Of a stretch of 64,000 nucleotides of DNA, positions 27,001 to 39,000 are shown piece by piece (position 1 is the first letter of the stretch; every line of letters begins with the position of its first letter). The notes below the pieces were generated by a model, which saw only the letters and a list, made by a program, of their open reading frames with translations, was not told the origin of the DNA and did not search any database. The stretch covers positions 15,314,001 through 15,378,000 of the forward strand of contig CM069161.1 in NCBI GenBank assembly GCA_035221665.1. The letters run 5' to 3'. The DNA comes from Okamejei kenojei (taxonomy: Eukaryota). A program made the translations under genes and the position numbers.

Positions 27001-30000
27001 TTATTTATTTTTAGGGGTGACAATGTACAATTAGGTAATTATTTTCTACATAACAGTTAAAACAACAATTTTGCATTTAGATTTCAGAGATATAGCGTGG
27101 AAACATGTCCTTCAGCCCTCCGAGTCCATGCCGACCAGCGATCATCTATTAGTCTAGCACGATCCTACACTCTGGGGACAATTTAGAATTTTACTGAAGC
27201 CAATTAACCTACAAACCATTGATTCTGAAAAAAAATGTCTTTCTCCTGCTGAATGTGCCTAGTTTACCTGAGAAAATCGAAGTCTAGAAAGTGTCAACCT
27301 ACAGAAAGTGTCAAATTTAATGTGATTAACTATAGGAGGTATTATGAAGTGATACTATTCCTTTCTTTCTGTCAGACACTCATGAAAAACAAGAGCTTTG
27401 GACAGCTGAGGCCTGTACTTTAAATGGTGTGACTCATGAGTGAAATTAATATAAATGTTTCCTCAGTAGAGAGAAACTGCTGAAAGCAACAGGTTATATG
27501 ATCATAAGGTCATAAGTGATAGGAGTAGAATTAGGCCATTCGGCCCATCAAGACATTCAATCATGGCTGATCTATCTCCCCCTCCTAACCTCATTCTCCT
27601 GCCTTCCCCCGTAACCTCTGACACCTGTACTAATCAAGAATCAGGTTGTTAGTCCCTGCAGTCTCACGATGAAGGGTCCACCCCTAAAATGAGAACGTAT
27701 CTATTTCCTCCACAGGCACTGACTGTCAGGTTCAGATCCCAGCTTCTCCTGTTCTTTCATTTTTAATTTCCACCGTCTACACAATGCTAGAGAATATTTT
27801 CTTCTCCTCTGCCTCACTCCTCCACGTGCTTTCTGGTTCAAATAAAGTATGCCTTTTTAAGGACATAAGAAATGTTAAAAAAAAACCTTATTTGTACAGT
27901 GATTTCCATGTTTCTTTCACATACCGCAAAGCATTTTATAGCCAAAGAAATATGATCAGTGTTGTAATGTAAGGAATATACCAGCCAGTCTGTGCAAAGC
28001 AACCTTCCACTGCAATGTACCAGTGGCTTGATAACCAGTGTTAAGAATGTTGACAAGTAGAACATATTATTCAGGACTCTGGGAATAACACCCCCAAAAA
28101 AAGCCTGCGGGATTGTATACAACCATCTGAAAGGGCAGTCAGGGTCTTTACTTAACATCTCATCAATACTTTAGACTTTTAGACTTTAGAGATACAGCGC
28201 GGAAACAGGCCCTTCGGCCCATCGGGTCCGTGCCGACCAGTGATCACCCACTCGTACACCAGTGCTATCCTACACACTAGGGACAATTTACAATTTTAAC
28301 AAAGCCAACCTACAGTCCTGTACGTCTTTGGAGTGTGGGAGGAAAGTGGTGCACCCGCAAAAAGCCCACGCAGTCACAGGGAGAATGTACCATCTCCATA
28401 TAGACAGTACCCGTAGTCAGGATAGAACCTGGGTCTCTGGCGCTTTGAGGGAGCAACTCTACCACTGCGCCACTGTGCTGTCCCAGTAATGAACCATTTC
28501 CACAGCTTAGAATTTAATGCTGAGGCCAGTGGATTGGGACTTGAACCTCTGTCTGAAAGCGGGAAGGTGTTGACCTTAGTAAGTGAGATGCTGTTAGCAG
28601 TGGCCGAGGTGGAGCTTGTGAAAGGCAAAAAGAGTTTTCACAATTCAACCAATTTGAATAAATAAATCACATTTGACAGACATGCTGTGCCTTCCAGATT
28701 CTTCCATCTCATTGAGTGACAGTGTTCAGTGTGTATTTACAGACAAGAGCTGTCACTTTGCCAGGGCAAGCCAGCACAACCTGTAATTCCACTCATAATG
28801 AAGGCAGTAATCTGCTGAACAAGGAGGACCACCGCCCCTTTGGAAATACTTTTAAATCTCTCCTTTGCATTGAGGCCATTTCTCCTCTCATGGGAGGGAT
28901 TGGATTATTATCTGCTCCTGCTTTCATGGTAATGTTCCCTTACTTTGCCTAAGTTATTACATATGAGCCCAGATAAAGGGAGCTGTCATTGCAGAAGGCA
29001 GAATGGCTAGATTGCACACTCATTGGTTTTGTAACCCCATCTGAGTTTGCTTTTCTCCAATGACAGTAGACTCCAGTAGTTGACAAGGAGTTATAATGCC
29101 ACTTAACCAGCCATGTCAAGTTAACTTTCCTCGACAAAAGTAGCATCGGAGGTAACAAGCAGATCGACCCGACTCCTGGAGGTGTCTACCCAACAGCTGT
29201 TGAAATTATGAGCAGAAAGTCAGACAAATAATATTGTAATTTCATTGGCGATTGAGGACAATATCATAATTAATGAACAGTAGATTCATGAGATATCTTT
29301 CCAAAATATCAATCCGGCATTTTCTGCTGGAAAAATAAGACAGAAAGTTCTGGAGTAACTCAGCGAAGCCAAGAAAAGGGGTTCAGTTCAAACCCGATAT
29401 GAAACGTCACCTATGTTTAGGAAGGAACTGCAGATGCTGGTTTACACAAAAGTCACAAAATGCTGGAGTAACTCAGCGGGACAGGCAGATTCTCTGGGTA
29501 GAAGGAATGGGTAACGCTTCGGAAGAAGGGTCTCTACCTGAAACATCACCCATTCCATCCAATGTGAAATTGAGTTACTCCAGCACTTTGTATCTCTTTT
29601 TGTAAACCAGCATCTGCAGTTCCTTGTATCCATATTTTCTGCTGGGACCTAATCAAACTAAACATTTCATCATTGTCATTCAAAAGGGATAGAAAGATTA
29701 GTCCAAAATCTTGATAAATAGAATGATATATTATCTCTAACTTGTGTATGACCGCAGATAGAAATGTTATTAAGAATGTTAGAAAGGTCATTCATTAACT
29801 GATTTACATACTTAATTTTACAAATTAGATAAAATTAAAAAATAAAACCAGACAATTAAAATACATTCAAATTGCAGACGTGTCTATGGTTCAAACACAC
29901 GTTAAGCTGTGGCTAAAAAGAAAACTCAATTCTCAGGCCATTAATGAAAATGGCTGCTTTGAACCAAAAAGCGTCCCTTCAATTTGGTTATGACTGATTG

Positions 30001-33000
30001 AAGTTGATGGAGAATTATACTTTACAACCTACTAAGGCAATCTGTCAAAGTGTGACAGAAATGAACTTAGCATAAACTGATGGTCTGTCAGAACCACAGA
30101 AATCTTTCCAGCTACGGGGAGCTTGGTTAAGGATAAGGAGGGAAGTGCAGTCAGTAAAGATTTCTCTGCTACACAAGGCAGTATACTTTGAACATTTCAA
30201 CAAAGGGGAACTTACTTTGACACACTACAGTTGACTTCACTATAACCCCCTTTATTGGAACATTTAAATGGGTGATTTCACCCTTGGTGAGCTTCATGCA
30301 GCCCCTTAGGAAAATAGGAGCTAATTTGAAACCCTGAACAAATTTCAAGCATGTGGAATTCTTTATTCTAAAAGCAACTTTATTACTGCTGATTTTATTT
30401 TAACGGAAAAGTAAATACATTTTGCACATTCATTTGGGATCTCTGTTAAAAACTGGGTGTCCATTTCACTGTGCTCGATTTCCTTACCCTTGGGCTTCAG
30501 ATTGTGCAGGTGAATGTTAAATGACATTTGATCCTTTACCTGAAAGAACGTGCCACCACTAAGTTGTGCTGAGGTTGTTTGTTTGGAAACAGAGGATGCA
30601 AGTTAATTGATGTGTATAACGGTGTTATTCCATTAAAGTGGAAATATGTGAGGGCACCTTTAAGGGCAAGGGCAAGGGCACGGGCACACACACACACACA
30701 CCCCTTCTTGCCTTCATCTTCCTCCTCTGTGTCCAGCTACGTTCTAACCTCCTTCCACACTCGCCCTTCCTCCACCCCTTACTTCCACCTCACCTTGTTG
30801 ACTGGCCATCGTTATCCTTTGGCAAGACTGGCTCCCCTCCTCTCTCTAGCCCTCTACACCACTACACTCACTTCGCCAGTCACCCCTCTCAAGTCCTCCA
30901 CATCCCCAACTTCATTCTTCAATCTGGAACGTTGATTCTGCTGTGTGGGGATTTTTATATTAAACTCTATCGTGTATTGTGTTCTTTTCATTGTATGGTA
31001 ACTCAAATCTCACTGTACCAATTGGTGCATGTGACAATAAATGTAACTTGAACTTGAACAAAAGCCACAAGCATCCTCTTTGAGCTGCCTTCCCTCAGCT
31101 ATGGTGGGGCTGAGCTAGGGGCAGCAGACGTGGTCAAGGAATCGTTCATCAAAGGTACAGCCAATCTGGACGGCCATCCCTCTCCACTCTCTCTCAGTGA
31201 GAAATGTGGAGCATCAGGATCCTCCAAGATTGATTGATTGATTCAAACATATAGCATAGCCCTTTGGCCCACTTAGTCTGGGATGATCATTGACCACCCT
31301 TTCAAACTAGTTTTATGTTATCCCACTTTCCCTTCCATTTCCTACACACTAGGAACCAATTTACAAAAGCAAATTAACCTACAACCCCACACATTATTGA
31401 GATGTGGGAGGAAACTGGAGCACTTGGAGTAAACGCACATAACCACGGGGAGAACGTGCGAGCCGCACACGGACAACATGCAAGGCCAGGATCTCGGGCG
31501 CTGGGAAGCGACAGCTTTATCAGGTGCACCACTGTGCCAGATCTGTTATAATTATCCAGGAACCAAGCTGCTTTGACATTGATGCACTGCCCAGAGGCAA
31601 GAGGACAGGCAGGTCAACGAATCTATATTCTGTTGATGGAAAGGCACACAAGAAGAGGACACACTATCTTCATGGGATGGGAAGAATTAGTTGATCTGAC
31701 GGATCAGTGACTTCCCCTATGGGATTAGTGAACATGTCGCAACCCACTGCTAATTTTAATGTGGAATGATCTTACTAAGGTCACAAGCACAAAGGTCAAA
31801 TGCCCCACCTATGAACGGTGCAGACATGGCCATTAAGAATATCTGTTCTGATCTTGAAAAACTCATTGCCAGGGCAGACAGGTTGATCTTCCAGGGTAAT
31901 TCCAGGGTTCCAGTCTGGCAACGCCTTGACTGGTAACGAGGGAAAATGGAAAGCTAATTCCAATTCTGCACTTCTTGTGACCTAATGTTTAGAGCACAAC
32001 CTTGACATAATCACCACTCAGTTTTGACACGGAGACACACACATACAACATCTCATGATAACATTCTGATCAAGGCATGGGTTATATTATTGCCTGCGAG
32101 AGATTGTAGGTTGTTCCCATCACCAGTGCCACAACACATACCAATGGCTTGGACAGACAACCATCTAGTCTGCTCTGTTAACCCCATCAGTCGGGCTCCA
32201 AGATCCCCAGAAATATCGGCACAAACAAGTTAATGCTGTAGACCTTGAGGACCACTCAACAGTAACCTTTCCCAGTCAGAGCCTGCCGATTCCCAAATAT
32301 CGTGAACAATCCACAGCATATGGAGTGTCCAGTGAAGGGATCGTTTATTCTCAAGGCCTTCTTGAGAAAGTCTCACACCTCCCACTTCCAGAAGTATTCC
32401 TTGGGCACGTCTATTCAAAATGGAGAAGGAGCATTTGGAATGGGACTAAGGGACTCTTGCCCATTTGTTGAAAGCATACAGCTCAGCAAAACCAAATGCT
32501 CTCTTACCAACTCGCATGCACCCACCTCCTGCCTCACCTGTGGCAGAGTGTGTGGATTCCACATCTCTAACCTACAGAACTGGAGATCAAAGGCCAGTGT
32601 AATAGCATTAGCTCAGTAGCTGAAAGATGCTTTTTGCCCTTTGTGACCCAGGAGATGTTACTCTCCCGTTCCTCTTAAATATATTGATTATAACCACAAC
32701 TGAAATTGCTGTCATTCTTTGAGCTGTCTCCTATGGTCTTAAAGGTACCCTGTTTTGGAGGCAACCTGCATTGTACAATGCATTAAAGTCACCAGCTGTG
32801 AATTTGACAGTACTTACACTTACAGCAGAGAAAATGGGCAAAAGGATTGTGATGTGAAAATCCCCTTTTATCCTCCAAAATGTATATTTCAGTAGGTTTA
32901 GAAATCCAGCCATTAATTAGAGATGGGGCAGTGGTAGTATGTTTAATGTGTGCTGGCGGGCTGGAGTAAGGCAGAGCCATGAACTTTGAATGCCACCCAG

Positions 33001-36000
33001 TGAGGGTGATAGGTCAAAGAAGAACACACATTGATGAGGGCACACTGAAGAACAGGAAGAACATTTAGTGGAGAGCCGATTATAATGAAAGAGTATGCCA
33101 CAACAGAACACAACAAGAACTAATAAACACACAAGGGCACAAAGTGCTGGGGTAACTCAGCAGGCCAGGCAGCATCACTGGAGAACATGGATAGGTGACA
33201 CTGCGGGTCAATAGACAATAGACAATAGGTGCAGGAGTAGGCCATTCAGCCCTTCGAGCCAGCACCGCCATTCAATGTGATCATGGCTGATCATCCCCAA
33301 TCAGTACTCCATTCCTGCCTTCTCCCCATACCCCCTGACTCCGCTATTTTTAAGAGCCCTAGCTCTCTCTTGAAAACATCCAGAGAACCTGCCTCCATCG
33401 CCCTCTGAGGCAGACAATTCCACAGACTCACCACTCTCTGAGAAAAAGTGTTTCCTCATCTCCGTTCTAAATGGCTTACCCCTTATTCTTAAACTGTGGC
33501 CCTGGTTCTGGACTCCCCCAACATCGGGAACATGTTTCCTGCCTCTAGTGGGCCCAAGCCCTTAACAATCTTATATGTTTCAATGAGATATCCTCTCATC
33601 CTTCTAAACTCCAGAGTGTACAAGCCCAGCTGCTCCATTCTCTCAGCATATGACAGTCCTGCCATCCCGGGAATTAACATTGTTCGAGGGTCGGGATTCT
33701 TCTACAGAACTAAAGATACAATTTCTTAAAAAATGCTTAATTTAACTGTTCACCCTACAGGTCAGAGTAGTACAATAAATTCTGTTCTGCAAGTGTGCTT
33801 ATTACTCACAAGTGATTAGGTAGCTGCTTTGGTAATCTATGCCCTACAATGTTTATTCAGAAGAAGCACAAATTTCCCTGGTTTCACGGAGCTGAATGCC
33901 ACTCTACAGCCAACGAATATTCAGTCTCTGCTGTGGCTCCTCCTCAGACCCTTGGTGTGCTGACCTATTGGTTCTACGCTGAATGCTTTCCATGACCCGA
34001 CTCTGAAGAAGCCTGGGGTTATTTAATTAAAATTCACCAAGATGACAATCATTTGGACACTGCCTTTAGGGCCTTGGCAATTTCTTACCTCTTTCAACAA
34101 AGTCGCGCAATCCAAATGAGAGCAGAACATTCTAGAATAACACCGAGTGCACAATGAGACCTCGAGCCACGTCAGGGGAAGTTGCCATTCAGCCTCACAG
34201 TAGAATACGAACATGAATACAGATGCAGAAAAGGGAGATACTCACGTTATTCAATGTGACTTTACTTTTGTCTCGTTTCTGCAGGTGGCTGGTCAGGTGG
34301 TAGAGGACCGTTCGGCCCTGCCTGCGTGCGGCACTAAAATGGGACCCACCTCCCTTTTTGTGTTTGTTCTTCTCCTCTGTTGAGAAGAACGGAAGGAGAA
34401 AATATAATCCAGCACCAGGCAATACAAAATGAGATGGGAGGTGTGAGGGGGGGAATAGGGAAGCTTGTGAGTCGCGAACCCCTCCACTGAGTTGCCACGG
34501 CCATTCTAGCTGCTGAACTAATCTGTGAGCGACATCTAGAGGTTTATGGAGGGAAACTCAGACCCTTGATAGAGTGGGTTTCCTCTGGGTTGTCAGGCTT
34601 CCTCCCACATCACAAAAATGTGTGGGTTGGTAGACTAATTGACCACTGTAAATTGGCATTAGTATGGAAGTGAATAGTAGAATATAGGGGGAGTTGTTGT
34701 GGATGTGGTGAGCTGATCTTTCAACCTAAGACTTTAGTGATAGAGTGGGGAAACGGGCCCTTTAGCCCACCGAGTCCACTCCTACCAGTGATCACCACAT
34801 ACACTAGCATCATCCTATACACTGGGGACAATTTACAATTTAACCAAAGCCAATTAACCTACAAACCAGTATGTCTTTGGAGCGTGGGAGGAAACCGGAG
34901 CATCCAAAGAAAGCCCACATGGTCACAGGGAAAATGTGCAAACTCCGTACAGACAGCACAGGTAGTCAAGATTGAACCCGGGTCCTCTGGCACGGTAAGT
35001 CAGCAACCCCACTGCAATATTGCCAGCGACTGTTGTTAGCGGCGTCATGAGGTTAATATTTGTATCCTTGATTTCCTTCCCTCCATGGACCTGCCAACTC
35101 CTGCATCGTCCTCCAGCCCTCCAGTCCGCCCACTCAATTGGAAAGTTCCAATGCTGGTTTGTGGATGATCCATAATTTAAATCTCTCAAGCAATGGCCAC
35201 TGTATCCGAGAGAGATGCAGCCCTTAGCACCCATCAACTACCCATTAACCCCAACTTTATATTAGTGCCATTTTTTAATCTCATCACATCCACATCAACT
35301 CGCCTCATATTCTTTGATCATGTGAATACATTGACATACGATGAGGATAAATTACAGTGAATAGACATTGCAAAGGACATCGTCAAGATTCAACAGCAAA
35401 TCTTCTTGGGTTTCACCAGCCTCAATGGATGTGGGTTGCTACAAAGAGCTTCTGAACGGGAACAATTAATCCACAAGTGGCAAATCCGATCTTTGCCTGA
35501 GATGACGGCTTTGAGACCGAGCAGAAGTGATGGTATAAAAAATATTGAAGTATAACAGCCATTCATGCTCCTACCTTCCTTCCAGTCTCTCTGATGGATT
35601 TTGCCTCGGTTATCTGTGACATCCTTAAAAGAGACGAGAAAAAGTACAACCTCCCCTTTCTCATTTTTAATGGGGACAATGTCAAGTAAACACCAGAATG
35701 CAGCTCCTGTAAATGAAGAACAGAGAAGACCACTTTAGTGGAACAAAAATGATTTCACAATCTCATTGAAGGTTCCGTCACAAACAACTATTAAAGTAAC
35801 GCTGCACTTACAGAAATTCCTCAGTGTTTGCCATTTATCACTGACCTCTTATAATGCCTACGCATATTAAGTGTCGGTAATGTAGCACAGAAATACAACT
35901 GCAATTACTGAGTTTATTGACAACCTAATTCAGAACAATGACATTCTACAGAAAATTGCCCCCAGATATTGCAGTTGCCTAAACAGGGTTTGATTAAAGA

Positions 36001-39000
36001 GTTGAAATGTTTAATTGTCTTTGGTACCAACAATGGAACAATTAAATTCTCACTTGTTGAAATTTAAGTGAAATAATACACATAATATATAGTAATAAAA
36101 AATACAATCAATTAATAACTTGTCTGACTATATCTGATGGCTGGGCCCTAAGACTACAGAATCTAATCATTAACAATAATCTAAAACGATTAGGATTAGT
36201 TTTATAGTTAGAGCTAGGGTTTTGCGGGGTTAAATTAAGAAGGACTGTATGACTCTATGACCCATTAGATGCCACAACAATAATAAATATACAATAAATG
36301 ATCGGGTCATTCTCGGAAAACTAGACCATGATGGTGCAAAGCCCAAACAATGTAGAGCATCCAGAATAGTGCAAAGTCCATAGTGGTTGACTAGGATTGA
36401 AGTGGTTGTGGGAGGGAGGTGGTTAAGTCGCGTGACTCTCAGGATACCTTCCCTTTAAGCTCAGAAATAATTTCCTCCCCCATTTATGTCATAAGTTCAT
36501 AACTTAGGAGCAGAATTAGGCCATTCGGCACCATCAAGTCTACTCTGCCATTCAATCATGGCTGATCTTTCCCTCTCAACCCCTAACTCCTGTCTTCGTC
36601 CCATAACCCGCCATGAAATTGCCATTGACGTGACCTCCACGGCCATCTGTGGCAATTAATTCCACAGGCTCACCACCGTCTGATGAAATAAATTCCTCTT
36701 CATCTCCTTTCTTACTTGTCTGCTGATAGGACAAGAAGTATATTAACCAGGTCCAAAAATCAACATATCCCAGAACTCTACTAACAAGTTGGATTAATCT
36801 GCTCATCACTGAGTTAGGTACATGAAGATTGACCCGAGTTAAATGCAGGATTTTATTTCCTTCTCGTCTTAACTGGTCTATTTATAATTAATGGTTCGGT
36901 CTACTCAATGGATTTCCAGGAAAGAAGAGTGTATGTTACAAGCAGAACCCTCTGCTCTATGGCAGCAAATATCTAAGAACAATTTTAATAGTGATATTGT
37001 CGAATTAACCTGGGTATTAGGCTGGATAGAAAAATCTCATTATGATGCTAATTTAGACCTATTAACATCTGTCCACTTAAGGTCCATATTCCTCTATTCC
37101 CTGCCCACTATATGCCTATCTAAATCCATTTTAAATGTTACTCAAAATATGTGTTTCCAGCACCTTGCCTGGCAGCACATCACAGGCACCTACTCTGTAA
37201 AATACTTGCCTCGCAAATCTCCTGTAAATTTTCCCTCTCACCTTAAACCTATGCCCTCTAATATTTGACATTCCCACCATGTGAAAAAAAAAACTCTGAC
37301 TATCTACCATGTCTATGCACTCATAATTTTATAAACTTCTATTTGATCACCCCTCAGCTTTTCACATTCCAGATAAAACAATCTTCTTCTAGCTGAGTTT
37401 CATTCCAAACCAGGTAATATCTTGATGAACCTCTTGTGCATCCTCTCCAAACCCTCACATTGTTACTACTGCAGCAATGCAGAATCACACAAGGCTCCAA
37501 ATGCGGCCTGCCCAAAGTTTTATATAGTTGCAACACCATATAGTTGCAATGCCATGGCCCATGAAGGCAGGCATGCCATATGCCTTCTTCACAGCTCTAT
37601 CCACTTTTGTAAAGGAAGAGATGAGTCTTGGATAATGGGAAAGATGATGAACCACAGTCAAAAGGAGATTGGATATTGTGGGACTTGAGAGTGGCAATAT
37701 TGCAAAGTTGGCAATCAGGATTAGTGCATTAGTGTATATTGGAAGGTCGGGGTCAAGAGTGTTGGAGTGATTATCGGGGATGCGGAAGATAGTGCATGAT
37801 AGCAGTGTAGGGAGGAGATCTAAGGGATAAAGGTGATATGAGGCTGACCTCAGAGGGGACCCAATCCACTGGTTTGTTGTGAAGATCTACTTGCCCACAG
37901 AATGGACTGTGATCCCAATCGTGTTAAAGAAGGAACTGCAGATGCTGGAGAATCGAGGGTACACAAAAGGCTGGAGAAACTCAGTGGGTGCAGCAGCATC
38001 TAAGGAGCGAAGGAGATAGGCGACGTTTCGGGTCGAGACCCTTCTTCAGACTGGTCAGACCTCTCGGTCCTGGGACTCCTCTACGGCCAGTGTGAGCAAC
38101 ACCGCAAGTTGGAGGAACAGCACCTCATATTCCGCTTGGGGAGTCTGCACGCTTTGGGCTTGAACATTGAATTTTCTCAATTCTGTTAACCCTTGCTGTC
38201 TCCTCCCCTTCCCACCTCTCCCTCAGCCCTCGGGCCCTGGCATTCCCTCTCTCTCTATCTCCCTCCCCCACCCTAGTCGCACTAGCTTCTCATTTTCACA
38301 CCACAAACAGCTTACAATGGCTTGTTCCCTTTATCATCAATACTTTTTTGCATATCTTTCATTCATTGTTCTTTATCTCTCCACATCACCGTCTATATCT
38401 CTCGTTTCCCTGATCCCTGACCAGTCTGAGGAAGGGTCTCGACCCGAAACGTCGCCTATCTCCTTCGCTCCTTAGATGCTGCTGCACCCGCTGAGTTTCT
38501 CCAGCCTTGTGTGTACTCCCAATTGTGTTCTTGTGTTGGATTCCTGCCAACTTTGATCCAAGTGTTAAAATTGACAGAACAATAGTGCATTTAAATTATT
38601 TGGCAGAATCATGTTCATTTAACAGAATTTCAACGTGGTATTCATCACAAAAAAAAGGATGGCTTTGTTATCCATGAGACACAAGAGAAAAAAGAAATTC
38701 GTCTGGATGCCACAAAATTTGTTGGAAGGATACAGTGTTCGATGAAAGGCAGTTTAAATGGAAAACAAATTCCTCTTATTTGCTTCACTATAATATGTAT
38801 TTTCTCAGCAGTGCACAGGGCATCTTAATTTCTTCAGTTGAAGAATGCAAGAATCTTTTACCCTTTTAAGCATTGCCGTCGCAAAGCCCAGATTGAGGTC
38901 AGTTTTGGATGGATGCATTAAATGGTTTAGATCACCTCAACCCACTCAATTGCATTCAAAAGTGCCAGGATGGTCCCAGAGTGACCAAAGCAGCTGGGTG

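Larger units (their letters stand above)
37926..38516 (+). mobile_element. Penelope-like element: inverted terminal copy + GIY-YIG tail + 3' UTR, with 13-bp TSD
   Basis: 38061-38183 encodes [41 protein letters not shown]; inverted arms; TSD tcccaatcgtgtt (37913-37925) / tcccaattgtgtt (38517-38529). Confidence 0.85.
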
